From NCBI GenBank assembly GCA_020137815.1, contig CM035353.1:7564001-7628000 (forward strand): DNA of 64,000 nt. Reading direction: 5' to 3'. Positions 22,276 to 34,600 of the stretch are shown here, piece after piece. This DNA comes from Hormiphora californensis (taxonomy: Eukaryota > Animalia > Ctenophora). Position 1 is the stretch's first letter. Each line of letters starts with the position of its first letter. Position numbers and translations under genes: made by a program. The notes under the pieces were generated by a model. The model searched no databases, had not been told where the DNA came from, and worked only from the letters and a program-made list of their open reading frames with translations.

Positions 22276-24515
22276 TCCTCTCCTCTCACTTTCTCCCTCT
22301 CCTCCTCTCTCTCTCTCTCTCTTCTCTGCTCTCTCGTCTCCCCCGCCTTAGTCCGCTTCTCACCTCTCGCTGACCTCTCCTGGTCTTCCGTCTCTCTCTC
22401 CTCGCTTCACTCTCTCTCCTATCTCTCCTCTCTCTCGCATTCGTCTCTTTCTCGCTCTCCTCGCTTACTACAACCTGCAAGAGTGCAGGGCGTGGGGAAT
22501 TCATGTAAAAGGCTTGTTCATTGGCATTCTTAGTATATGAAAGTGAGAGTATCACTGAGACTAGAATTAAGAGGACAAGAATCATAAGTCGAGTCCGAAT
22601 TCAACCTGTGTGGTATTAAATCAAATCTTATTTTCAGCGTACATTCTGATCAATGGTCGACCTGATATAACCATTGGCCCAGTCTCCTGCAACTTCCTGG
22701 GGGTTGTGTACACCCTAATGCCTGTAATGTCCCTCTACTTCATCCTGATAATCTGTATAGCACGAATCATTGGAATCGTCCAGCCACTACGCTACAAAGT
22801 CATCGTGACGTTCAAGGTAACCATGGTTACTAGCTAGGGGTTACCACTAGTTACCACAACCTTTAGAGTTGTATGTTGTGTAACGAGTTGTTTCTTTGGA
22901 AGGGTTCACATCATTATGTTCACATGGTTGTATATTTAGCCAAATGAAATGAAACAATGACTTTACCAGACCCTCTTTTTCGGGGGAGTTCAAATAAATG
23001 AAAGCTGCAGTTGTCGCGCCGACCAATTATAGTGAACATATTCACTATATATGTCTCCCCGCTCCTGGCAGTGCAATATATAATGGCCCCCCGCCCCATT
23101 ATACCATACACCATCGAGAATTCATTACTTTTCCCATTAGCTGGCACTTCCTCTCTTTCTCTCAGTCACGCTCCTCCCCCTTCACTTCCCAGCTACACTT
23201 CACACACAGTAGACAGGTGCAATAAAAATGTCACAAGTGGCTAATGCAGACATATATATTACGGCACAATATCCCAGCTGACAATTGCTAGGAGAGAATT
23301 ATTTGTGACAAATTGATCCTCCCTTACAGAGATTGATTCTGCTAAGTGTGTGTACGTGGTCGATTGGTATGTCCTACACTGCCATCCCATTCTACTTTAG
23401 CAAGAACTACTACTATGACAGGTGTGTGTGTGAAACAGGAACCGACCGAATCAGGAAATACTGGTCCCTGATCGGCTGATAACCAGTCACGTGTCCTAAA
23501 TAACGAGTTCTGATTGGTTGTTTTAATTGTTTCGGTCGGTTCCTAATTAAGCAAGGACTACTACTATGACAGGTGTGTGTGTGTGAAATATTCTATCATG
23601 ATTTGTGAAATCACTGTACGTTATTATATCTCAGTTACAGATTTAACAACTAGCTATGATCTGATGGGTAAAATCTCGCAGGGAAACAGCAGCGATAACA
23701 TTCTCAACGAGTTACAGTTTCCTTGGGGTGGATGAGACATTTGGGAAGCTTCTGACAGCCATTCCTGTTGTGTTCATAGATGTTCCATTATTTCTCGTTG
23801 TCCTCCTACTGACAGCCATACTTTACAATCTTAAATTTAAAGGTAACACTTTTCAATTTAGTTTAGCATTGATGTCATTGACACCTAGCGCGAGCGAGAT
23901 TGAGCAATGGTACCAAAGTTTAGCAGACATTGGTATAGATTTGGTAACTAATAAATCCATTCTGACTTGTTGAAAACACTGCAGGTATAAAAAAATCTAG
24001 AGTGAGAAGGGAGGCCTCCCACACCACTCTATGGATTGCAACACTGTTCGTGGCATGCTACGTGCCTAGTGGCATCCTTCGAGCCCTCTTCCTCCTGGAG
24101 CACGTGGGGATAATACCAATCGAGATATACCCTGAGTCTAGTACCGGTCAGACGGTATTCATCTATATCTTCTTTATCTTCAACACTTACACAGTCACAG
24201 GTAAGAGATGCATGTTCTGATTCCCGCTATTATACCGTTACTATTTTGTGTCTTTCTGTAACTACGGCATCATATCTTTGCCTCTGCACTGATGAGTCCA
24301 TCATGTACCAAATGTATGTTTCAGTGAACAGTTTTGCCAACCCCTTGCTCTACTTTGCGAGATCCCGGAAGCGTGAACAGATGCTAATGGAGTTGAGGAC
24401 CTTTGTAATGCCCACATCTGCATCGTCAGGAGGGGCTACCCGCCGGTTTACAGTCCATGCTCCAGAGGTGGACCTGGGGAGACTGAGATCAGCCCCTCCA
24501 ACTACCAACAACTGA
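21471..24515 (+). CDS. Rhodopsin-like (class A) G protein-coupled receptor
   Basis: Phase-consistent GT-AG exons 21471-21535, 21620-21750, 22638-22816, 23330-23421, 23682-23842, 23985-24200, 24325-24515. Motifs: TM1 GN, TM2 LAHTD, Cys at the top of TM3, ARIIGIVQPLRY, TM4 W..P, TM5 P, TM6 FVACYVP, TM7 NPLLY. An additional upstream exon is possible. Confidence 0.9.
21975..22465. repeat. CT-rich microsatellite/low-complexity tract in GPCR intron 2
   Basis: (CT)n runs with degenerate flanks. Confidence 0.9.
23436..23545 (+). mobile_element. ~110-bp hAT-like MITE (CAGGAAC...GTTCCTA)
   Basis: 14-bp TIRs aggaaccgaccgaa / ttcggtcggttcct; followed by a duplicate of 23399-23435; second copy at 39183-39281. 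Confidence 0.8.
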
Positions 24516-24624
24516 CTTTATCACTGTTTGTTCTGTCGAGTGTGCATTAAACATTGCTGCAATCCACCTGCGTATTCTTTCGTACTGAGGTTATACACCC
24601 AAACACACTCAGCCAAAATCTCAA

Positions 24625-24626
<2 letters not shown>

Positions 24627-24701
<75 letters not shown>
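24627..24701. repeat. (CT)n microsatellite
   Basis: CT run. Confidence 0.95.
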
Positions 24702-24707
<6 letters not shown>

Positions 24708-24811
24708 GTGAGGGCGTATTACACACAACTGCGTCTTTCTCATCGCTATTCCATCGCTGCGACCTTTATACCTAGTGCTCCTTGTCCTTAACTATTTAAT
24801 TCATTAAACTC

Positions 24812-27800
24812 ATGGTGGTAAGTAATCGACATTTATTTGCTTATATGAACCGATCAAAATCAGGAGTGTAATCGAAACCGTTCGTATTAGATACAATTAA
24901 TTTTCATCTACTATAGGCCCACGGAGGAGGAGGAGGTGGAGGAGGTGGTGGAGGGGGTCATGGTGGAGGTGGACATGGTGGTGGTCATGGAGGAGGTCCA
25001 GGGGGTGGAGGACCAGGTGGACCAGGAGGTCCAGGTGGACCAGGTGGCCCAGGAGGGTGGGGTGGTCCAGGTGGGTGGGGTGGACCCTGGGGTCCTGGAG
25101 GTCCCCCGCCAGGCTGGGTCCCACCACCCGGATGGGGTCCTGGACACCCTTATTGGAACCCGTACTGGGGCCCTGCCTACCCACCGCCCCCACCCATGCC
25201 ACCCGCCATTGTACCACGGCGTGTCATGCCAACTATCGTATACACTTCGGGGTAAGAAAATTCTTGTTTTGCAGTGACACATACCCTACCAGAAGTCGTC
25301 CATTTTTGAGATGGATCGATCGATTGATTTCTGGTAGGATATATTATTTATATATTAGAGCGTTTCAGAAATAACTTCGTGTCGCGATATTTCGGGATCT
25401 ATAAGAGATAGAGACTTCTACCTAGTTTTATCCTGTTCATTGGACGATTCTCTTCCTAGAAACATGTTCTGAATTATAACATGATAATATGACAACCTTA
25501 AGTACTCGAAATTTGGTTCGTTGACACCATAAGTCGTGCTGCCGCTGCACGGGGTTACCAACTTTTTCTAAACGCCACTGGAAGAAAGCTGGTAAAGATT
25601 TTTGACTTCCCGTAGTGCTCAATCGATAGCAAATCGTCTAAGGATGAGATATATATGTGATTTAGGTCTCGACGCGTAGACTAAAAACATTTAGAACAGT
25701 AGATGTAACATGAAAAAACGAAAAATGGCGAAATTTGACCTAAATTTTTGGCTTGTTTTAGGGGTATGTTCGAAAACGTCAATTTTTTACTTCGATAAGC
25801 CGATGAAGCGAATAATTGACTTCACAATGGCTTAAAGCTTACTTAGAGCTATCTTTTGCTGCCAAGATATCGGTTATACGTCAGTCCTATAAAACGTGAA
25901 GAGACGCGGAAGTGAAAATTTCAAAATTTTGCCAAGGATTTTCAAAAGCCCATTGCTCAGCAACGAATGAAGCTAGGACTTTCTACTACATCTTAAACGA
26001 TAGAGAATTGTCTAATAAACAAGCTTGATGCAATAAAATATCCCTTAGAACCAATTTTTGAGAAGAACAGCAGTTTCAGTACTATGCACGTTTTCCCCGT
26101 GCAGCGGCATTTTCAGTAAGGTACATTTCCGGGTTCGCCCAGAGCCAACCTTGATTAAATTTTTTAAAATGACCATTGTTGTGTGTAGTCAAGAGTTCAA
26201 ATAACATGCTAGAACAGGTTTCGTGTAGATATCTTTTATACTTTTGGAGATATCGGGACACGAAGTTATTTCTGAAACGCGCTCTAATATGTTCTCTCCT
26301 GGCAGCTTTCTGACCACCCGCGGCGAGATCTTCTAACTTTAAACGGTTTTTCTCGATCAAGATAACATGCAATAGACCACCAAATTCTAGCGGTCTATCA
26401 ATATATTTCTTGACACATCTGATTGCACCTTGACAACTATATAGGGGGAAACTCTAACTGAATGGCATCCCATTAATGGGATCCCATCAACAGTAAAACT
26501 CTAACTGATAATGGACCACAGTGATGGTTCTTTCTCTGTATACAGAGAAAGAACTATAGGGCATGCCCGGGCACGGGCGCGCACACAGAGAGAATACAGA
26601 GAAAGAACCATCACTGTGGTCCATTATCAGTTAGAGTTTTACTGTTGATGGGATCCCATTAATGGGATGCCATTCAGTTAGAGTTTCCCCTTACAGAGGA
26701 AGCTGGTACTGTCCGAGATGCAGAATGCTAAACCCACCCGGTACAGACTGTTGTAGTAGCTGCTACTTCTACATATACGAGCAGTATGATCAACCAACCG
26801 CCAGCGCTACAAGGACTACCACATCAACCCGCCAGCAGTCTTCCTCCAAGTATATTGAACTATTTGAGAAGTTATACCTTTACAGATACAGTCGGACCCC
26901 GATTTAGGGCCCCCCGATTTAGTGGCACCCCGATTTAGGGACAGGATTTTTTTCCCCCGATATACGAAAATTAACATAATTTGAACCCGATTTAGTGGAC
27001 ACCCCGATTTAGTGGACAAGAGCCTTTCCCCCGAGGGTGTCCCCAAATCGGGGTCCGACTGTAGTTGGTTTATTGGTTGTTTTATTAACTGTGTGGTGTT
27101 CAGGTCGAGCCAGCAGCAGCGATCAGGAGGACAGTGGGCGTGCCTCAGCTGTACAACTGTGAACAGCACTAATAATAAGGTGAGCTGAGACTGTAGATCT
27201 AGTAATATTGCATATGGGGACAGGAGATTGTATCTCGCAATATTTCATGGATTGTATCTCGCAATATTTCATGGATTGTATCTCGCAATATTTCAAGGAT
27301 TGTATCTCGCAATATTTCAAGGATTGTATCTCGCAATATTTCATGGATTGTATCTCGCAATATTTCATGGATTGTATCTCGCAATATTTCATGGATTGTA
27401 TCTCGCAATATTTCATGGATTGTATCTCGCAGCAATATTGCTCAGTTTTCTTCCAATATCAACCTGTCAGTAGGTTTATTGCACAAAACTTCATCACACA
27501 TCACTATACTACGTCGCTTTATGTTACTGGGGCTCACTGTCCAATATATGTATTCTAGACAGGTCTCTCTTTCACTTTCTTTCACTTTCTCTCTCTCTCT
27601 GTCTCTCTATCTCTCTCTCTCTCTCCCTCACTCGATATTGAGCCTCAATGAAATGCTAAAATGAAATGCTGAAATAGAATGAAGAAATGCGATTTTGATT
27701 AGTCAAGGGGTATAATGAATATGTCGGCAGAAAGAAAAGAAAAATTGCCAATTGATTAAAGATCTTCAAAATGAAATGCTTCTGTGTAATCAGTACAATA

Positions 27801-29355
27801 TAGACGACATATAATAAAAGAAATGCAGCTGCTAGGGGGGGGGGAGAGTGCAACTTAGTATGTAATCGCCCTCACAGCAGTTATCTAAACTCATTTCCCA
27901 GTATAACAGTGCCTGATATTGGTATAATTGTCTTCTTTCTAGGTGTGTGTTACATGTAGAACTGCCCGGCCAGCACCCTCCTCAACCAGCCAGTGGATTT
28001 GTATTTCCTGTGGACGAATCAACACCGACGGAGGGTCAAGTGAGTGTAGCGATCAGAGACAAAGTTGTTGATCAGAGACAAAGTTGTCGATCAGAGACAA
28101 AGTTGTTGATCAGAAACAAATTTGTTGATCAGAGACAAAGTTGTCGATCAGAGACATTAGACAAAGTTGTTGATCAGAGACAAAGTGTGATTGCAAATTG
28201 CGATCAGAGACAAAGTTGTCGATCAGAGACAAAGTTGTCTATCAGAGACAAAGTTGTCGATCAGAAACAAAGTTGTCGATCAGAGACAAAGTTGTCCATC
28301 AGAAACAAAGTTGTTGATCAGAGACAAAGTTGTCGATCAGAGACAAAGTTGTTGACCAGAGACAAAGTTGTCGATCAGAGACATTAGACAAAGTTGTCGA
28401 TCAGAGACAAAGTTGTTGATCAGAGACATTAGACAAAGTTGTTGATCAGAGACAAAGTGTGATTGCAAATTGCGATCAGAGACAAAGTTGTCGATCAGAG
28501 ACAAAGTTGTCTATCAGAGACAAAGTTGTCGATCAGAAACAAAGTTGTCGATCAGAGACAAAGTTGTTGACCAGAGACAAAGTTGTCGATCAGAGACATT
28601 AGACAAAGTTGTTGATCAGAGACAAAGTGTGACTGCAAATTGCGATCAGAGACAAAGCTATTTCCCCTTGGTTACATTACAGTCTATAAGAGACCGATAT
28701 GTGACAGCTACCAGTATACTCATGAAACACTCTATTTCAGTGTGTGTAGAGTGCAGATGCTCCAGACCAGTAGTCAGTGCTCCTTCTCAGCAGCCCTCCT
28801 CATCGAGTCAAGGTTTATTGTTTTCATAGATTTGTACAACTCTATGGGGGGAAAACAGTCGTGCCTGAACTTTAGGCCGGCTATTTTCCACTGAGACCTG
28901 CGATCTCAGGTTTCAGTGACGGCTATAATTGAATAATTCCCTGTGATTTAAATCTCAGGGAATAGCCGTCACTGAAACCTGAGATTTCAGGTTTCGGTGG
29001 AAAATAGCCGTGGCCTGAACGTGAGGTTCAGGCACAAGCCTGTTTTCCCCATTAGCTACTGCAGATCTCTGCAAGGGAGAGTCTGAAGAAGACAATGGTG
29101 TCCCACTATAATTGGTCATCACGGGTTTTATAAAATTCCAATATGTCATTATCTTTGTAAAGATTCAAAGATTCAAAGATTCAAAGATTCAAAGGATGAA
29201 TTCAAAGGATGATTTTGTATATCTTAATCTCTACATATATATCTCCTGTAGGTTCTGCCCCGCCCCCTGTTTACACATGGAAGTGTAAGGGCTGTCAAAA
29301 CGAGAACAGCTCAGAAACACATACGTGCGTGAAGTGTGGTCTTTTGGAGTCGTAA
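24812..29355 (+). CDS. Gly/Pro-rich low-complexity protein with four RanBP2-type zinc fingers (280 aa)
   Basis: Phase-consistent exons 24812-24817, 24917-25251, 26697-26849, 27104-27179, 27943-28039, 28741-28812, 29252-29355 (843 nt). Fingers WYCPRCRMLNPPGTDCCSSC, WACLSCTTVNSTNNKVCVTC, WICISCGRINTDGGSMCVEC and WKCKGCQNENSSETHTCVKC all fit W-x-C-x2-C-x3-N-x6-C-x2-C. Confidence 0.88.
26444..26691. mobile_element. Foldback MITE with ~95-bp arms
   Basis: ggggaaactctaactgaatggcatcccattaatggg... is inverted perfectly at ...cattcagttagagtttcccc. Confidence 0.85.
26889..27061. mobile_element. pogo/Tc1-mariner-like MITE
   Basis: TA-flanked TIRs cagtcggaccccgattt / aaatcggggtccgactg. Confidence 0.85.
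27226..27431. repeat. 24-bp minisatellite, ~8.5 copies
   Basis: Unit gattgtatctcgcaatatttcatg. Confidence 0.95.
28051..28657. repeat. 19-bp minisatellite with recurring variant units
   Basis: Unit gatcagagacaaagttgt(c/t), with recurring attagac and gtgattgcaaattgc variants. Confidence 0.9.
28845..29051. mobile_element. Foldback MITE
   Basis: tggggggaaaacag...gtgcctgaac / gttcaggcac...ctgttttcccca; inner arms atctcaggtttcagtgacggctat / atagccgtcactgaaacctgagat. Confidence 0.75.
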
Positions 29356-30445
29356 CTAGAACTTGTAACGAGCTGGGGATCTGTCAGGCCAATATGATCT
29401 GACAGGAGCTGGGACTTGAGAGGAAACATGTCGAACATTTTAGAGATGGAGATATTTATCAGAGAAGATGTTGTTGTTGTTATTTTGTATTTCAGTTATG
29501 AAATTACTACTGACGTTTATCGTATTGAAATACCCGAGTACATCACTGCGCTGGCAAGCGCAAAGGTTGCCATTCCCCCCCCCCCCAAAAAAAAGCGCTG
29601 CCAGAAACGCAGTTATACGTTTTATGGGTGTTTGGCTGAAAAACCGGATTTCAGAAGGCTATAGCGTCGCCCCCTTTCATCCGATTGACTTGAAATTTGG
29701 AATGTACACCCGGCTTGGGGTCTTTTACTTAAGTTTAAAATTTCAAGTCTCTATCTCATCTGGAACTGAAGTTACAGATAGGTCCCATTTGCCTTAGATT
29801 CAGTGTAACGGACACGCGCGCGCGCGTATACGCGTGTACGCGCGTAGGAGAGACGCTTTTTCTGAGCACGGTTCTGAACAAACGGAAAGAGATAGAGACT
29901 TCTCGTTTTCACTAGCTTGTAGATCTACTGGATTATTGTGTTATTAGCGGGGTGAAGTTTTCTATCATCCCCAGGAACGTCCTACAGAACGTCTTAAAGT
30001 CGTCATTTTTTACACTCTGACCAAACTTCTTTGAGCTCATTTTACACCCTAAAGACGGATTCTAATCGAAAAACGAAGACTATATCATGGAAAGAGAATT
30101 GTCTGAACTTTCAGAAACTGTATCGCGAATTTTCAAAACTAGACGTATAAGGGTCTTAAAACGCGTCTAAAGTGTTATGACTGTTTAAAAATAGATATGA
30201 CGATATGGGTTTTTTCGCCATAGCGGACTCAAATCTCATCCAATCGATCTCAAACTTGGTCAGTATCTTCATCTAGGTGGGCCCGATAATATGACGTCAT
30301 AATTTTGACGTTACAACGTCGTGACGTCATTTTATGACGTCAAAATGACGTCAAAAATTAAAATTTTCCAATTTCACGATTCCATCCTCTCCGTACCTGT
30401 TCTACTATATGTAAATGGATAAAAAATCCCAAAAATGATGCAAAT

Positions 30446-30647
30446 TATACCAAAACTAATTGAAATTAGTAGGCCAGAAAGGTTGCCCTATGATTTGAGC
30501 TACCTTTGGCACCAGTACATTCCCTTTTGAAGATAGAAGAAGCATCTGTTATACCCTGTCTGTACCCCGTGAATGTTACGGTGGCAAAGGTAGCTCAAAT
30601 CATAGGGCAACCTTTCTGGCCTACTAATTTCAATTAGTTTTGGTATA
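30446..30647. mobile_element. Foldback MITE with ~60-bp perfect arms
   Basis: tataccaaaactaattgaaattagtaggccagaaaggttgccctatgatttgagctacctttg and its exact inverse. Confidence 0.85.
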
Positions 30648-31634
30648 TAATTAGTATACATCATTATAACTCACTATAATTCACCAACATTCGGCCCGTT
30701 GCACTCTGTCTGTCTTTCTGTCTGTCTGTGTGACTGACTTCATGGCAAGTTTCATGGTGGAAAGGTTGTACCATCTACTACAATGTCCCTCAGATGTATT
30801 CTGTACCTATTCCTTACTACTATTCCTAAGATTACTCCTGGCCCTTTTTCAAAATGAATTCTACACCTCTTCCCCCTCTAAATGTATTTTGTAAGATTAC
30901 CCCATCCTTAAAATGTATTTTCTACATACAACATTCCTACCTCTTCCCCCTCCCTCTAAATGCATTTTGTACCTATAAGATTCTTTTGTGTCGTATGTAC
31001 TGAATATATTCATCTCTCGAGTCCTCTATACACCTCACTTGCAACCACACATACATCAATTGAATGTAATTTCTACAGAACTCTTGTGGACAATTACTCT
31101 GTGGTACTCAGTGCTGGTGCTCAGTGCTGTATTTCGAATGTTGCAGAGTAGAAATCTAGTAGTAGAGATGAAATAACTTTTGCAGAGATGAAATAAAGCG
31201 TTGATCTTGGTAAATTATTTCAGTTCATTGAACTATTATATATTGAATGAAACTAGTGAATTACTTTTTCAATATTGAACTACGGTCAAACCTCGATTTA
31301 CCGTAACCTCGAAATAAATTAACATTATTTCACCTCGATATTAAAGAATTATAGCTCTTTTTTCTCTTTACTGGTAGGAGCTTTGGCAACAGGTGTCTCA
31401 CTCACATGGGTGTTTTAGTTGTACTTGTAAAAGAGGGACAGAGAGAGCGAGAGAGAAGGGGAAGATGGAGAGAGAGTTAGAGAGATAGAGAGAGAGAGGA
31501 GGATAGAGAATATGAGAGAGAGAGCGAGACAGCTACTTCTGCATTCACCATGTGCTTCTAACTTCTAGACAAATTTCCTTCATCTTTACTTTCTTCACTT
31601 CTGTTGTCTATTAGCTTCAACTTAGGTTGTTCTT

Positions 31635-34600
31635 TAGACAATTCAACTTCATGTGTCTGTTCTACTTCTAGACAATTCAACTTCATGTGTCTGTTCTACT
31701 TCTAGACAATTCAACTTCATGTGTCCTGTTCTACTTCTAGACAATTCAACTTCATGTGTCTGTTCTACTTCTAGACAATTCAACTTCATGTGTCTGTTCT
31801 ACTTCTAGACAATTCAACTTCATGTGTCTGTTCTACTTCTAGACAATTCAACTTCATGTGTCTGTTCTACTTCTAGACAATTCAACTTCATGTGTCTGTT
31901 CTACTTCTAGACAATTCAACTTCATGTGTCTGTTCTACTTCTAGACAATTCAACTTCATGTGTCTGTTCTACTTCTAGACAATTCAACTTCATGTGTCTG
32001 TTCTACTTCTAGACAATTCAACTTCATGTGTCTGTTCTACTTCTAGACAATTCAACTTCATGTGTCTGTTCTACTTCTAGACAATTCAACTTCATGTGTC
32101 TGTTCTACTTCTAGACAATTCAACTTCATGTGTCTGTTCTACTTCTAGACAATTCAACTTCATGTGTCTGTTCTACTTCTAGACAATTCAACTTCATGTG
32201 TCTGTTCTACTTCTAGACAATTCAACTTCATGTGTCTGTTCTACTTCTAGACAATTCAACTTCATGTGTCTGTTCTACTTCTAGACAATTCAACTTCATG
32301 TGTCTGTTCTACTTCTAGACAATTCAACTTCATGTGTCTGTTCTACTTCTAGACAATTCAACTTCATGTGTCTGTTCTACTTCTAGACAATTCAACTTCA
32401 TGTGTCTGTTCTACTTCTAGACAATTCAACTTCATGTGTCTGTTCTACTTCTAGACAATTCAACTTCATGTGTCTGTTCTACTTCTAGACAATTCAACTT
32501 CATGTGTCCTGTTCTACTTCTAGACAATTCAACTTCATGTGTCTGTTCTACTTCTAGACAATTCAACTTCATGTGTCTGTTCTACTTCTAGACAATTCAA
32601 CTTCATGTGTCTGTTCTACTTCTAGACAATTCAACTTCATGTGTCTGTTCTACTTCTAGACAATTCAACTTCATGTGTCTGTTCTACTTCTAGACAATTC
32701 AACTTCATGTGTCTGTTCTACTTCTAGACAATTCAACTTCATGTGTCTGTTCTACTTCTAGACAATTCAACTTCATGTGTCTGTTCTACTTCTAGACAAT
32801 TCAACTTCATGTGTCTGTTCTACTTCTAGACAATTCAACTTCATGTGTCTGTTCTACTTCTAGACAATTCAACTTCATGTGTCTGTTCTACTTCTAGACA
32901 ATTCAACTTCATGTGTCTGTTCTACTTCTAGACAATTCAACTTCATGTGTCTGTTCTACTTCTAGACAATTCAACTTCATGTGTCTGTTCTACTTCTAGA
33001 CAATTCAACTTCATGTGTCTGTTCTACTTCTAGACAATTCAACTTCATGTGTCTGTTCTACTTCTAGACAATTCAACTTCATGTGTCTGTTCTACTTCTA
33101 GACAATTCAACTTCATGTGTCTGTTCTACTTCTAGACAATTCAACTTCATGTGTCTGTTCTACTTCTAGACAATTCAACTTCATGTGTCTGTTCTACTTC
33201 TAGACAATTCAACTTCATGTGTCCTGTTCTACTTCTAGACAATTCAACTTCATGTGTCTGTTCTACTTCTAGACAATTCAACTTCATGTGTCTGTTCTAC
33301 TTCTAGACAATTCAACTTCATGTGTCTGTTCTACTTCTAGACAATTCAACTTCATGTGTCTGTTCTACTTCTAGACAATTCAACTTCATGTGTCTGTTCT
33401 ACTTCTAGACAATTCAACTTCATGTGTCTGTTCTACTTCTAGACAATTCAACTTCATGTGTCTGTTCTACTTCTAGACAATTCAACTTCATGTGTCTGTT
33501 CTACTTCTAGACAATTCAACTTCATGTGTCTGTTCTACTTCTAGACAATTCAACTTCATGTGTCTGTTCTACTTCTAGACAATTCAACTTCATGTGTCTG
33601 TTCTACTTCTAGACAATTCAACTTCATGTGTCTGTTCTACTTCTAGACAATTCAACTTCATGTGTCTGTTCTACTTCTAGACAATTCAACTTCATGTGTC
33701 TGTTCTACTTCTAGACAATTCAACTTCATGTGTCTGTTCTACTTCTAGACAATTCAACTTCATGTGTCTGTTCTACTTCTAGACAATTCAACTTCATGTG
33801 TCTGTTCTACTTCTAGACAATTCAACTTCATGTGTCTGTTCTACTTCTAGACAATTCAACTTCATGTGTCTGTTCTACTTCTAGACAATTCAACTTCATG
33901 TGTCTGTTCTACTTCTAGACAATTCAACTTCATGTGTCTGTTCTACTTCTAGACAATTCAACTTCATGTGTCTGTTCTACTTCTAGACAATTCAACTTCA
34001 TGTGTCCTGTTCTACTTCTAGACAATTCAACTTCATGTGTCTGTTCTACTTCTAGACAATTCAACTTCATGTGTCTGTTCTACTTCTAGACAATTCAACT
34101 TCATGTGTCTGTTCTACTTCTAGACAATTCAACTTCATGTGTCTGTTCTACTTCTAGACAATTCAACTTCATGTGTCTGTTCTACTTCTAGACAATTCAA
34201 CTTCATGTGTCTGTTCTACTTCTAGACAATTCAACTTCATGTGTCTGTTCTACTTCTAGACAATTCAACTTCATGTGTCTGTTCTACTTCTAGACAATTC
34301 AACTTCATGTGTCTGTTCTACTTCTAGACAATTCAACTTCATGTGTCTGTTCTACTTCTAGACAATTCAACTTCATGTGTCTGTTCTACTTCTAGACAAT
34401 TCAACTTCATGTGTCTGTTCTACTTCTAGACAATTCAACTTCATGTGTCTGTTCTACTTCTAGACAATTCAACTTCATGTGTCTGTTCTACTTCTAGACA
34501 ATTCAACTTCATGTGTCTGTTCTACTTCTAGACAATTCAACTTCATGTGTCTGTTCTACTTCTAGACAATTCAACTTCATGTGTCTGTTCTACTTCTAGA

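Noticed and set aside
22089-22585. ER-rich and LS-rich ORFs
   Set aside because: Translations of a (CT)n microsatellite in a GPCR intron; the same applies at ~11.0 and ~24.6 kb.
21471-24515. Opsin
   Set aside because: No retinal-binding lysine in TM7 upstream of NPLLY.
24897-25374. ORF-track proteins MEEVVEGV..., MVQWRVAW..., MCHCKTRI... and MGWSRWVG...
   Set aside because: Shadow frames of the Gly/Pro-rich exon, whose frame alone splices in phase to the zinc-finger exons.
27123-27558. Repetitive ORFs such as MKYCEIQS and DCISQYFM
   Set aside because: Translations of an intronic 24-bp minisatellite.
28051-28657. CRISPR-like array or coding repeats (ORFs 27947-28387, 28470-28829)
   Set aside because: The intervening variants recur identically, and the array lies inside an intron of the zinc-finger gene.
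29530-30440. Classifiable transposon (also 25260-26430)
   Set aside because: Repeat-like composition, but no termini, TSD or coding motif could be established.
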